Shown piece after piece: positions 36,668 through 50,410 of a stretch of 64,000 nucleotides of DNA (position 1 is its first letter; each line of letters opens with the position of its first letter). The translations under genes and the position numbers were made by a program. This stretch comes from Mustelus asterias (taxonomy: Eukaryota), in contig NC_135804.1 of assembly GCF_964213995.1 (NCBI RefSeq), forward strand, positions 68,200,001-68,264,000. The letters run 5' to 3'. The notes under the pieces are model-generated. The model saw nothing but the letters and a program-made list of their open reading frames with translations, was not told the DNA's origin and ran no database searches.

Positions 36668-39229
36668 GCTACATCAACGACCTATCACATCAAAAACGTA
36701 ATTGGCACACAGGGTAATGAAGCGAACGACTTTGCAGTTTGTTTACAGCAATTGTACGGGCAAGTTTCAATATCTACATTGGCCTCTAACGACCTGGCTC
36801 CCCAGCCGTGGATTTGGTGAGTTCTACGAACATGCACTGGGGAATCCTTTTCGGAATTCCAGGCTGGCATTGGAACCGAAATTGTCCAGATCTGCAAACA
36901 TCCCCGCATTTAGCCCTGTGCTGGGAAACATCCGAAAAAGTGATTATTCTGCTTGCGTTAACCTAAGAGTTATTCCGAAAAACGTTATAAGAAACAAAAG
37001 CATATCTAACTTCAACGTAACGTATTTGAATACCCAGAAAGATCTGGCCGTGCAGCAGCCGCAATCCCCTCCCCACCCCCGCAAACATCCTGCTCCCCCC
37101 CTTCCTTCGCCCCCACTTTCACCCTCACACTGGCCCACATTACTCCCTCTATATCTGCTGCAAACACCCATCCCCCATGATATCCATCAGCAAACTCCCG
37201 TGTACGGAGACCCACCCCTCCACATCAGAAGCCCACATCCTCGCCCAACGCACCGAAATACCCACCACGCAGCATGACCTACCCTCACGCCCCCCCATTG
37301 TATGACCGTCCGCCGTCCCATATCCCACCCCCATGTCCTATCCTCCACCTCCCAAATGCGAGCCTCCATACCTTCCGTTTGCATCTGACCCACCACATCC
37401 TCGATGTCTGACCCCAGCACCCACCGAGTGTTCGAACCCTACATTTCCGAACCAGCACCCGCGATATCCGACCACCCAATTACGTATCAGTTAAACTCCA
37501 ATCTACGCCGATGTGCCGCCCTCAGCACACTCCCACCACCACAACCCCCCCCCCCGCCCCCCCCCCCCCCACTTCTCCATGTCCATCGCATCCCCATATC
37601 CAAACCCACCCCAGCCCCATCTGCGATAACCCGCAGTGGACCGTCCTCATGTCCAAGCCCGCAGCTTCCAATTCCCATCCAATTCCCTTCGACCCTTAAC
37701 TTCCCGCCGGCCTGTTATTCGCAATGGGACATCTAAACTAAGCTGATTGATGGCCCTAAAAAGAGGGAGTTACTTGCTTCGCTGCAATTGTTTTTGGAAT
37801 ATGTCACTTGACCGCAGGACGCTCTGCGCTGCTTTGATCTCGTCCGGTCTGAGTCAGGAAAGTCGGGCAAGTCTGACATTCAACGGAATTTGAATAGTTA
37901 AGTAAACACTGATTGGCATTCCAACGCTGGTTACCACTCCAGGGAAGTTATAGTTTATTGAACTCCCCTTTCCATTCCGTACAACGCTTTCTTTTATAAT
38001 ACGCTATATCTGCAAAACGAAATTCTGATTTGAACGGTACATGTGAAAGCCCATCTTGCTGCATGTAAAGTAGTGGAGTGTGATGAGAAAAATGAAATGA
38101 CCCAAATTCTACTCTGTACCAGAGCAGGAGCACTATCGCACAGCACATCTTAACTGACAGTAACAGTGCCCAACCGTCCAGAGTGACTGTTTTGCATAAA
38201 TCGCCAATTACAGGACGGTGGTGCTCTGGTCCATTCATTAAAATGCCACAGAGCATTTGATAAATCTCAAGCTATGTATTTATTTTGTTCAACGATCTTC
38301 CAATGGTGATATTTACGAAGATAATTTCCAGAATTTCTCGTGCATCCCTAGAATTTTCATTAATAAAGTAAAGAATAATTTGTTGCTGTTATATGTTCGA
38401 TCCATGACCATTTCTCCCAAACGTTTCCCTTTTCATTTCATTACGGAAATACTTAATTTGTCGGACTTACCTCACACCATTCTTTTCCTCACAGCATTAG
38501 AACAATACTTAATTTCAATTAAAGTTATGTATCACTGAAAGGCTTGCAATAAGACGTGTATCGAACCTGTATCCATCTCTAGGAATTGCACGTAGGCCAG
38601 GAATTCCTGGTATTTTACGTCTCCTTAACGAACTTCATGTTCTTCACTCTTACTCGCCCCTGGTTACCATTTGTTGTGGGAGATTGCAGACAGGCACACG
38701 TGTACTGCAAATCTCTATAATTATCTTATTCCCCAAGGATTTCTTGTGTTTTTTTTCGACGGATGCGTTTCCTCATTCGTGCATTTTGTTAATTGCAAGG
38801 GATCTTAAACTTTATTGTTTTCCTTCCTAGACTTCTTACCAAATATTCTATTTCCCCTCTGTTCTCCAACTTTGGTTGCCTGTTCTTGGACTTTACGAAT
38901 CTTCTAGACTACTGTGAAATATTATTATTCATTTCTTACCTATTAAAATACTTCTGCTCCTTAGAAAGTCACAGATGGATCTTCCTTGTATAGGCTCTGT
39001 TATTAATAGACCATGTTTTCTTTGAAAATGTTGAATAATTTATTTAAATGTCCACTTCCTTTCCTTTGCTCAATCACTATTAGCCACATATTGCCCACAA
39101 TTTTTGTATTTTCTCTGTTCAAGGTTATGTTTTTTGTATTACGATATGATGTGCCGTTTTCAAATTTAATATGGTCTTCCACCCTATGATTTTACTTTTT
39201 CCAGTGGAATTTTCCGCTATCATTTTACT

Positions 39230-39831
39230 AAGGGGGTTGGAGTTTAAGAGCCGTGGGGTTATGCTGCAACTGTACAGGACCTTGGTGAGACCACATTTGG
39301 AATATTGTGTGTAGTTCTGGTCACCTCACTATAAGAAGGACGTGGAAGCGCTGGAAAGAGTGCAGAGGAGATTTAACAGGATGCTGCCTGGTTTGGAGGG
39401 TAGGTCTTATGAGGAAAGGTTGAGGGAGCTAGGGCTGTTCTCTCTGGAGCGGAGGAGGCTGAGGGGAGACTTAATAGAGGTTTATAAAATGATGAAGGGG
39501 ATAGATAGAGTGAACGTTCAAAGACTATTTCCTCAGGTGGTTGGAGCTATTACAAGGGGGCATAACTATAGGGTTCATGGTGGGGGATATAGGAAGGATA
39601 TCAGAGGTAGGTTCTTTACTCAGAGAGTGGTTGGGGTGTGGAATGGACTGCCTGCAGTTATAGTGGAGTCAGACACTTTAGGAACATTTAAGCGATTATT
39701 GGATAGGCACATAGAGCACACCAGGATGATAGGGAGTGGGATAGCTTGATCTTGGTTTCAGATAAAGCTCGGCACAACATCGTGGGCCGAAGGGCCTGTT
39801 CTGTGCTGTACTGTTCTATGTTCTATGTTCT
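39230..39831 (+). mobile_element. Young CR1 LINE 3' end
   Basis: ORF 39342-39749 (LERVQRRFNRMLPG..LRGDLIEVYKMMKG..FFTQRVVGVWNGLP) and a (gttctat)n tail. Confidence 0.95.
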
Positions 39832-41380
39832 AATTAACCAAGCCTCTATGCGCAACGTTTAACTTAATATAGCTTTGCCGAAAATTCGTGCCAGGATTGT
39901 TCTAGGATACTGATACACAAAAAAGCCAAATTCGTCTTCCAGATGCTCTTGTAATTGTCAATGAACCAATTTGAATAAAGGTGGAAATTTATGTGATTCT
40001 ATTATGCGAAAGAGCCTTAATGCTCTTTCCAGTAACATGCGTGCATTTATAGGAAATTTTAAGAATATCTTGCCTAATGCTCTGCCTATTAGTACAATTA
40101 TTTGTATAGGGGTTTTAGCATAGTCAGAGTTATGTTTCATAACCCATGATGTTATTAATATCCACCCATACGGATTCGGCTTTCTTCTGGACAGTCATCC
40201 GTTTCTTTTTCCGGATGTCATCCTTTAACATCAGCTCTGAGTTCCTTAATGTTCCTTTTCTTAATGTTTCCAAAAGTTGGAATAATTATTTCCTAAGCTT
40301 AATCACCTATCTGGAATCTATATCTCTATTCATCGTCAGCTCACCTGTCTTGTAATTGCTCCGATTTCTGGAAATAGCCGACGTAAATTTATTCATCATG
40401 GTACAAAAAAAATGCTGGGAAAACCTCTGGCCACATCTATAGAGCTGGGAACGGAGTTAACGTTTCGAGCCCCTGTGACATTTCGCCAGCGCTAAAGAGA
40501 TTTATTTATATCTGTTTTTTTTCACAGGAGGCAGATTCAATAATGCAATGTTACCTTAAAGCTGTCTCTCTCTTCTTGCCACACTCTGTCTTTACCAAAA
40601 TCGCTATAAAACCCTATTACCTATTTTTTTCTCTTTGTGTTCCTCAGACCTACTTCACTTTAAGCTTCATCTGCTTCTTATAGCTAAACACAGTACTCAG
40701 ACATGATTATATGATTCACCAGTACACAAGACGCCCACCCGTTTTAAACACAGCTCATCGCAACAGTCCAATCCCATTCTTTTCCAGCTCTCGGCAAAAA
40801 TTCCATGAATCGAGTGTCATTCTGCCCCCCAAATGTCTTTCAGACAGACATTTACTTATCTTGTCTTTTTGACCCGTTGGCAGGTGACGGTGGACTGAGG
40901 CATCAACGTCAAGAAAATGACTCAAATAAAGAAGCTAATTGGATTTAATTGGCTTAGTTCTTTCGACTTCAAAGACTGTTAAATACTGCAACTTAACGGC
41001 ATTTCATAATAATCAGAATAATTAATGAATAATGCAGATTTTGAAGGAAAGAATTCTGTACTCCGTATCTCCCATTGATTAAAGATAATTATAAAATTAG
41101 GATGCTTAACTTGGTTCTTTTGATCCAAAATCCACCATTTCTATATAACCTGCACAATGAGATGTATGAGTTCATCATCCGAACAATCAAAATCTGTGAG
41201 TTTTGATTCCAGGTCCCTAAGTATGACTTAAAAAGTAACATGTTTAATTAATATTAATAGTTTGCAGGATGCCAACATCGCTTGTTAGACCAGCATGCAT
41301 TGTGCATTAATTAGAATGGAGAATGTGGTGTTTAGCCGCATTCTTAAACTTCGGAAGTGCCCGTTGTGTCGGTACACCAC

Positions 41381-42483
41381 GGGCCCGATTTTACCAAGGC
41401 AAACTTGGTAAAGTCGGGCGTGAGGCCACTAACGCGATCCGCTCCCACGTCCGCGCAGATGCCCACTTTACCAAGGCCCGAAAATGGCCGCGAAACGAAC
41501 CGCGCCCGAAGCGCGCGCAACGGCGATTTGAATGCATTTGCATGCATTTCCCCCTTTACCATCGCGTTCGCCTGTCCAGGTTCTGCGCGAAACAGATATG
41601 CTCGGCAAAGGTCTGTTTCCGGCGTTCCAGCTTCTGAAGAGGTAAGTTCCCAGCTTCCAACGGCTCTCAGATTGGTGATGGAGTGGGGGAAGGGGGACGG
41701 CCAGATCATTCTCTGGTCAGGGGGGGAGGGGAGGGAGGAAGAGGCGGGTCAGATGTATCCCTGATGGGAGGGGGAGGAGGGAGGCCCGATCATTCTCTCG
41801 TGTGGGGAGGGAGGGAGGAGGGAGGCCAGATCGTTGTCTGGTGGGGGGAGGAGGGAGGCCCGATCATTCTCTGGCGGACGGGGTGGGGGCGGGGGGGGGG
41901 GGGGCGGTGGCTGGGGAGGGAGGCCATCATTCACTGGTGGGGGGAGGAGGGAGGTCAGGTCGCTCTCTGGTTGGGAGGGGGGAGGCCAGATGGTTTTCTG
42001 GCGAGGGGGGCGGGTGAGGGAAGGAGGGTGGCCAGATGGATTTCTGGTGGGGGGTGGAACCACTGCCACTCCACGGCAATCAATTTGGGGGGGAGGGGGA
42101 AGAGGGTTGTGATCGGTCTGGGTAGCGGGGAGGGGGGTTTGGTGGATAAAGGGGCCAGTAATTTTGTGGGGGTGGGGCGATGTCTGTGAGGGCCATCGCT
42201 CCCACCTTTCGCTCCCGGGCAGCTTTATCCGCTTTTTGCGGCTTGGGAGCGATGTGACAAGGGCACGTTTTTCAATGTTGTTCCCACTACTCAGCTCATT
42301 TCAAAGTTCCGATTGGAGCTGCAGCGTTTCAGGCGTAGCAAGCCCCGCCCACAGCGCAATTCAGACCCGCGAATTTTTTTCTCAGGCTAAGTGCCTATTG
42401 GGTAGACTGAAAGCAGTTTTCCAAGTCGGATCTGAATTGTGCCCAAGTTTAGCACTTGGAATCAAAATAGTAAAATCGGGTCC
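41381..42483. mobile_element. Non-autonomous Harbinger-like DNA element
   Basis: TIRs gggcccgattttac / gtaaaatcgggtcc with a 3-bp flanking duplication CAC; G-rich internal tandem repeats; no ORF of recognisable function. Confidence 0.75.
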
Positions 42484-42489
42484 CACCAG

Positions 42490-43560
42490 TTTTGTTTCTG
42501 CAGGGTATTCCAAACGGACATATATTTCCAGGTCAGGACTGTGTGTGGCTTGGGGGAGAACTCCATGGTGGTCTCATGTATCTGCTGTACCTGTTTGCTT
42601 TTTCTAGAAGACTGATATCGGTGCTGTTGAAGGAGCTTTGATGCGTTTCTGTAGTGCACGTTGTTGATGGTATACACGGCTGTCACTGTGCACCATTGAT
42701 GGAGTTGGAGTTTTTTTACGATGATAAATGGCGTTGCAATCAAGCGGGTTGATTTGTCCTGGATGATATAGAACATTTTAAGTGTTCCTGGAGCTGCACT
42801 CATCCAAACGAGTGAAGAATATACAATCATGCAATTGAAGTGTCCTTTGTAGAGGAAGAGCAGGCATTGAAGAGTGAGGGAATAAATGGAGGACGGTCGG
42901 GCCAAGACACTCCCGAAGGAACTCAGACAGTTACTGCGTGGAAAGGAAGAGACTGATGCCTAAAATCCAAAACGATATAAATCATATCAGGGGTTTCGCC
43001 CTAAGTCCCATTGACATCAGGTTTGCTCAGTTTCTTTGGTGAGACATTCGGTTAAATTTTGCCTTGATTTCAAGGGAAGTCACTCTGCCTCCAAGTATTG
43101 AGTTCAGCAGCTTTTCCTATGTTTGGGTGGGGGCTGTATTAGGTCAGGAACGGAATGGCTCTGGCGGGTCTGAAACCTGTCCTCCAAATTGGGGCAGGTT
43201 ATTGATTGCTAAATTAGCAATGATGATGGAGAATGGAATGATTGGACTGCAAATTGGCCGGGGTCGATTTGTGAGGTCTTATTTTTCCTGCAGCGAACAC
43301 ACCACATTTTTCAAATGGCAGTGTAACTTCCAGTTTGTTAGCTGTCGTTGGACACATTGGCTCGTGGCGCAACGAGTTCTGGAGCAGAAGTCTTGAGTAC
43401 TATTGACGGAATATTGTCAGGGGCCACAAACGTTGATGTAGCCAGTGCCTTCAGCCATTTATTATTACCACGGAGAGTGCATCGAATTGGCTTAAATTAT
43501 GCTGATGCCCTCATTTGGAAGGCGAGATGAATAATCCACCTTAATGCTGAAGATTGTTCT
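42490..43560 (-). mobile_element. CR1/L2-clade LINE fragments
   Basis: 42500-42860 is the reverse complement of the family at 30280-30540; degenerate LINE-like sequence continues to ~43560. Confidence 0.55.
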
Positions 43561-43939
43561 GAATGATCACTCCTCGGGAGAAAGGACGCACGTAAAGACA
43601 TACCGATGATAGAGTGACCAAGCATCTTGAAACATAATGCCATTCAGTCAATGTTTAACTTGCCGCCCGATTCTAATTATGGCGTTACCAAAAGTATGCA
43701 TGTGAATACAGCAGATTGAGTGAAACTGAAAACATAATCATAGTTTTTATGAAGGACGATCACTCGGGAAAATCTGTTTACTTTCTAGTCCACCGCAATT
43801 TATTTGAAGACAACCCAGTGTGGGAACTTAAGCGATCACATCTCGTGTTTGAAGTCAGTGGATAATGAAATTTCGCGAGGTTAGAGACCAGGGCAAATGG
43901 CCACTCAGCCGATATTACACGTGAGCAGAAGTTCAAGAT

Positions 43940-45505
43940 TCAAAGAACAAAGAACAGTACAGCACAGGAGACAGGCCCCTCGGCCCTCCACGCCTGTGCC
44001 GCTCCTTGGTCCAACTAGACCAGTGGTTTGTATCCCTCCATTCCCAGGCTGCTCATGTTGCTATCCAGGTAAGTCTTAAACAATGTCAGCGTGTCTGCCT
44101 CCACCATCCTACTTGGCGGCGCATTCCAGGCCCCCACCACCCTCTGTGTAAAAAAATCCCTCTAATATCTGAGTTATACTTCGCCCCTCTCACCCTGAGC
44201 CCGTGACCCCTCGTGATCGTCACTTCTGACCTGGGAAAAAGCTTCACACCGTTCACTCTATCTATCCCCTTCATAATCTTGTACACCTCTATTAGATCTC
44301 CCTTCATTCTCCGACTTTCCAGGGAGAACAATCCCAGTTTATCCAATCTCTCCTCATAGCCAAGACCCTCCATACCAGGCAACATCCTGGTAAATCTTCT
44401 CTGCACTCTCTCTAACGCTTCCACATCCTTCTGGATTGTGGTGACCAGAACTGGACGCAGTACTCCAAATGTGGCCTCACCAGCGTTCTATACAGCTGCA
44501 TCATCGGACTCCAGCTTTTATACTCTGTACCCCGTCCTATAAAGGCAAGCATACTATATGCCTTCTTCAGCACCTTCTCCACCTGTGTTGCCACCTTCAA
44601 GGATTTGTGGACTTGCACACCGAGGTCTCTGTGTTTCTATATTCTTGATGGCTCTGCCATTTATTGTATAATGTATAACGTATATCGTATAATGTATATC
44701 GTATAATGTATAACGTATATCGATACTCTTGATGGGCTCTGCCATTTATTGTATAACGTATATTGTATAACGTATAATGTATATCTACGTTATTTCTTCC
44801 AAAATGCATCACTTCGCATTTATCTGGATTAAATTCAATCTGCCACTTCTCCGCCCAATTTTCCAGCCTATCTATATCTTGCTGTATTGTCCGACAATGT
44901 TCATCGCTATCTGCAAGTCCAGACAACTTTGTGTCATCCGCAAACTTGCTGATAACACCAGTTACACCTTCTTCCTAATCATTTATATGTATCACAAATA
45001 GCAGAGGTCCCAGTACAGAGCCCTGCGGAACACCACTGGTCACAGACCTCCAGCCAGAAAAAGACCCTTCGACTGTTACCCTCTGTCTCCTGTGGCCAAG
45101 CCAGTTTTCTACCCATCTAGCCACCTCTCCTTGTATCCCATGAGCCTTCACCTTCTTAACCAACCTGCCATGTGGGACTTTGTCAAATGCCTCACTGAAA
45201 TCCATATAGACGACATCCACGGCCCTTCCTTCGTCAACCGTTTTTGTCACTTCCTCAAAAAACTCCACCAAATTTGTAAGGCACGACCTCCCTCTTACAA
45301 AACCATGCTGTCTGTCACTAATGAGATTGTTCCATTCTAAATGCACATACATCCTGTCTCTAAGAATCCTCTCCAACAACTTCCCTACCACGGACGTAAA
45401 GCTCACCAACCTATAATTTTCCGGGTTATCCCTGCTTCCCTTCTTAAACAATGGGACCACATTCGCTATCTTCCAATCCTCAGGGACCTCACCTGTGTCC
45501 AAAGA
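43940..45505 (-). mobile_element. Young CR1/HER1 LINE (RT through 3' end)
   Basis: VPEDWKIANVVPLFKKG, QHGFVRGRSCLTNL, YMDFSEAFDKVPH, GVPQGSVLGP; same subfamily as 26930-28080. Confidence 0.95.
44646..44790. repeat. Heptamer (GTATAAY/GTATATC) repeat expansion inside CR1
   Basis: Absent from the sister copy at ~27650-27680; gctctgccatttattgtataa occurs twice. Confidence 0.85.
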
Positions 45506-46520
45506 CACAGGTAGACAAAAAGGAACTACAGCTTACCTCATCATTGAAGTACAAATTTGCGAGGGATGTAAACTGTGCAATAGTTAAAGAACGGCTTCAT
45601 TTGTCGAGCGATATGTGATGTTGGTTTTCATTTAGAAATCTCGTTGAGAGGTTAGTACAAAAGAAAACATAAAAAATCGTAGAAGGTATTGATGCAACCT
45701 GGATGGCATATTTTTCAACATCTATCATCTAATCCCTGTTTTAAAACTGGCAGTTGATTTTTCAATGCCAAATGCTGAATACAAATGTTATTTTGGTTAT
45801 TACAAAGGTTTTGTTCCTGGCAAGACGTTTGTATTTTCTTAGCCAACGAAAGATCGAATAAAAAAGTAAATTTGTGTAACAAACAAATACTGATAACGAA
45901 AAGTTTTCAACACCATTATGAAAGCAAACGTTTAAGTGCTAAATATAATTACGTATTCCAAGTAATCAAATCGCCATATGCCAAAATCAAGGAGAGCCAA
46001 ATCTTTTACTCCACCTTCAAGACAGGAATAAATCTACTCCACGCTGTTTCTATCTAATAAACCATTAATCGACATTCTAATTAAACTGCAGATATCGTGG
46101 ACAATTGTGAAAATATAAATCTTCATAATTGGCTCGTCATATAGGGCTGGCCTTTTGTACATTGCCTTTCATACAGTTATTATGCATTCGACTTTTTTGA
46201 GTCAATTTCCTTCCAATCTTTTTTTTCATTTCTAAGAGTTGTTCCGTATATCTTCAATGTGAAAGAAACAACGATATACCCACTCTTACTAAGCGGCATA
46301 ACAATGGGTCAGGTTGAAGAGCAAAAACGATGATTTTGCGCCTACAGGTTGTTTCGTCTGCGTTACCTTGAAGAAATATATCATGAATTGTAACTTTCAG
46401 TAACAGTCCCACCTATCTATCGGGGGCTGATCATTGTCAGAAATCTAAACAAAAACATGAGACGTTTATTTAGATTATTGTTAAAGAAAGCTATACTGGG
46501 ATTGGAGGAAGTTCAGAAGA

Positions 46521-46866
46521 GAATCACAGAAAGATACCCTACAGTGCAGAAAGAGGCCATTCGGCCCATCGAATCTGTACCGACCACAATCCCACCCAGG
46601 CCCTATCCCCATGCCCCTACATATTTGCCCACTAACCCCTCTAACCTGCACATCCCAGGACACTAAGGGACAATTTTAGCTTGGCCAATCAACCTAACCC
46701 GCACATCTTTGGACTGTGGGAGGAAACCGGAGCACCTGGAAGAAACCCACGCAGACACGAGGAGAATGTGCAAACTCCACACAGACAGTGACCCAAGCCG
46801 GGAATCGAACCCAGGTCCCTGGCGCTGTGAAGCAGCAGTGCTCACCACTGTGCTTCCGTGCCGCCC
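46521..46866 (-). mobile_element. HE1-like SINE inserted in a CR1
   Basis: Full-length SINE reverse complement; CR1 sequence continues on both sides. Confidence 0.9.
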
Positions 46867-47345
46867 AAGAGGTTCGCAAGATTGATCCTTAATATGGAAG
46901 GATTGACTTATGGGGATAGATTTAGTAAATTGGACGTGTATTCATTGGGGTTTAGAAGAATGACAGGAGACCTTATTGAGCTATATACGATTCCGAAGGA
47001 GGAAGGGGGCTTGACAGGGTAGATGTTGAGAGGTTCCTTCCCCTTGTGGGACAGTCCAGGAGCAGCAGGCATAATCTCAGCGTAAAGGGGCGCACATTTA
47101 AGGCAGAGAAAAGGATGTGAATTTCTTCTCTCAGATGGTAGTAAATCCGTGAAATACTTTAGTGCAGAGGGCAGTAGAGGTTGAGTCGCTAAGTATGTTC
47201 AAGGCTGAGATTGACAGCGTTTGAATCAGTAATGAAATCAAGCGTATGGCGATAAGAGGGAAAATTGAGTTTTGGATTATCATATCAGTTCAGTGACGAT
47301 AATGCCGGAGCAGACTCGATGGGCAGATTAGCCTCGTTCGGCTTC
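46867..47345 (+). mobile_element. CR1 3' end
   Basis: RRMTGDLIELYTI..GLDRVDVER motif and a CR1 tail. Confidence 0.8.
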
Positions 47346-49149
47346 TAAGGCTTGTGGTCCTGTTCAATTTGCTGACTCTTAATATATTTTTCTTTTTTTT
47401 CAACTAAAATGCATTGTTCCAGTTTTGTTTTATATCAAGTGTCGATTTCTGTCGACGTCAGGGAAGATTGTTATAAGTAATTGCGGAGGTCCAAGCCGTA
47501 TTGTTTCCTGCATATAACAGAGTATATAGCTGTTAAATTGTACATTCTCAGCTTGGATACGAAACACGTCAACTCTAGCTGCAAATGATGCATCATCAAT
47601 CTGGCCTATCCTACAAATGTTACATCGATCTAAAATGATCATTTCCTCTTCCGGCACAGAAGTACACAGATTCTCATGTGGAATTCTACAGAAAGGGTTC
47701 GACTTATGAATACGGAGAGCAGTAGCTGGGCATTAATTGCAGATGTGTGAGTTAACCCTGATTCCCGCAAGCGAACCAGCAAAGTCAAGAAATAAAACAG
47801 AACCAGCAGAAACGGTCAGTTCATCTGCAGTTCCGAAAGAAGCGAGCTTTGCATTCTAACTCTTTTCACCAGTTGGGAGTCATTTGACCAATTGGGGGTT
47901 TACGCACTTTTCATCTCTGACTAACGTTAATAGTAAACCGATTACAATATGAACAAAATGTTTGAATTTGCCCTTAGCGAGCTTAATTTCACCCTTCCAA
48001 CAGTCTAATACAGAGGTTGGGCTGACATAGGATAATACCTCCGCCCGTTACAATTTAGTTTGCAAGTTTGTCCATGACAAATTTAATTGCTCAGTTGTCT
48101 TCCCAATATTCAATGTAAATTTCAAAGTCAACTACGGGAATCTCGAGGAAGCGAATCAAGCCGACAACATCAAAATGTACCGAATACATCAGCTGGAATT
48201 TGGAGAAAAAGTCAAATTCTTTGGAGCTATTTCTACGAGCTTTCTCACATTCATCTGATGTAAATGTGATAATTTACACAAGGTTAGAATTCACGCTAAT
48301 AGCTAGGCGGTTTCTTTGTCCGTCTAACGTCGAAATTTCGAAAGTCGGCAACCCTGGGATGTAGAGATGGATTACGGGGAAAGAAAAAAACACTAACTGG
48401 TGTTCGGTCTCTCGCACTTTAAACAGTTCTAAATCATTTCAGAGTGTTAACTGTTAGATATTGCCTGATTTCGCTGTTGTAATTCTGGTAAACTCTCTCA
48501 GTAACACCGTGAAACTGACAACTCTTTAGTGGCATTATCACATGTTTAGTCAAATGCATAAATCCAGAATGTATTGGCAGTCATTTCCTGTTGCTCTACA
48601 GGGGTACGGTTTTGCCTGTTATTTCATAAGATCGCACCTTTTCAAACGAATCGTTTTGAATTGATCCGCAAAGACAATGGCCAACGTCAAAATGATCAAA
48701 GTGGCCGATATATATCGGGTTAAATAACCAAACTGGGAAATCGTATACACCCTCTTAGGCGTAAATAAAACAGATTTAAATTGCTATTTGTTCTGCAGAA
48801 TATCCGCATAACAACTATATATGAATAAACGGATGAGTTGTTTTCATAACTATGAAGTCAGCTATTAATTCATTTCTATAGTACTTGATCATAATTTTGT
48901 AAAATGTCTACGGCACTACAATAAATATTATTTCATGGTCTTTACAAAATTCGTAACAGCATAATCGTCACAGCACCAGAATTTCGTGGTTTTACTGTTA
49001 ATATTAATTTATAATTATTCTACGGATTGCTTTCCAATTTAACAATGCTGTGGTACTCTCTGGGAAAACACAAAAAATACAAAACAAAATACTGAGGGGA
49101 TGTGTCAAAATTAATAAGCTCGGAAGACCTATGAAAAACCGCATCAATT

Positions 49150-49411
49150 ACCTGGTGAATTCACATCCTCGCAGTATTTTGGGAAACCTTACAAAGGTCA
49201 CTATGCCTTGCTGAAAGGACCCAGATGCCAAAAAATTCAGTGCTGTTATGACTTTCATCTCCACTGTTAAGGCAGTGCTGCAGTTAGAGTTGGGTTTCCG
49301 GTCTTCAGTCAACATTTCACGAACGTGTCCCATTTCTTTCTTGTTGAAGTGCAGTCTCCTGACGCACATCTCCTCTGACATCAATTCGTATGATGTCCTT
49401 TGCCTGTACAC
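49150..49411 (-). mobile_element. Harbinger (HARBI1-like) transposase N-terminal fragment
   Basis: YRQRTSYELMSEEMCVRRLHF..ALTVEMKVITALNFLASGSFQ. Confidence 0.85.
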
Positions 49412-49699
49412 TCTAACGGGTGAGCAATTGATTTGCCTCCTCGTTCGGCGAAGATGTAGCCTGACACTTGGTTCATGATGTCTGCCCCTACGCTGAAGTC
49501 ACAAAAGAGCAATAGTGATTCTTAAACTCATTGCTCATAACAGGAGGCTTGCATGCTTGTGGGCCATGGCACGAGATTTACAGTGGGCTCAGGATTCTAA
49601 ATATCTGTCAGACACATCGTTCCCATTAGTTTCAGGATATTTGCATACATCAACTAAGGCATTAAACTTTGCTAAAGCATTTAAAGTATTTACTTAAGC

Positions 49700-50410
49700 G
49701 TGTAAGAATCAACATAAACTACATTATTAACTTACTTATGTATTTCTGAACTTCGGCTTGTAAGAATCAACATAAACTACATTATTAAATTATTTGCGTA
49801 TTTCTTAATTTAGGTTTGTAAGCAGTGCCGGATTTAGGCATGAGCTAAACAAGCTACAGTTTAGGGCCTCACAATCCTCAGGGGCCTCACAAAATTTCAG
49901 AAGGTTTACAATGAAGAGAACATTTAAGAGCGGATACCAGAAAAGAAAAACAAAAAACACCAGTTTGAAGAGCAACTCCAAAAATTACCAAAATTACCAA
50001 AATCTATGAGAGATTAAGCCAGCCAAATGATAAATATGTAATCAGTAAATGCATTCATTTAAAAATAATTTGTATTTTTCACTTTAAATACCTTGCTATT
50101 CAATAATTAAAAGGCATAATTATGTTTTCAATTTTTTGTGGCGACCCAAGGTCCTGGTTTGGTACACACCTTTGTGAGACCTTTTGATGGACCTTTTTAA
50201 CTAGGGGCCTCCAAACGTTATATAGCTTAGGGCCTCACCAAGTCTAAATCCGGCACTGTTTGTAAGAATCAACATAATCTACAATATTGAATTATTTATG
50301 GATTTCCTTACTGAGCCTTGTAAGGTCACACAACGGAAGTTAAAATAAATGACTTTTCTTAATTCACTACTGAGGCTTGTCAGGATTAACATAAACTACA
50401 GCACTTCAAT
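49700..50410. repeat. ~58-bp minisatellite interrupted by a MITE
   Basis: Unit tgtaagaatcaacataaactacattatt... at 49701, 49759, 49817/50261, ~50319 and ~50378. Confidence 0.8.
49823..50258. mobile_element. hAT-type MITE
   Basis: Perfect 15-bp TIR cagtgccggatttag / ctaaatccggcactg and an 8-bp TSD tttgtaag (49815-49822; 50259-50266). Confidence 0.9.

Noticed and set aside
41683-42189. Gly/Pro-rich ORFs here and at 37000-37740, 19538-19921 and 53944-54412
   Set aside because: They are translations of G/C-run low-complexity repeat interiors.
49700-50410. Regularly spaced repeats as a CRISPR-like array
   Set aside because: Whole units are homologous with no unique spacers, and the context is eukaryotic.
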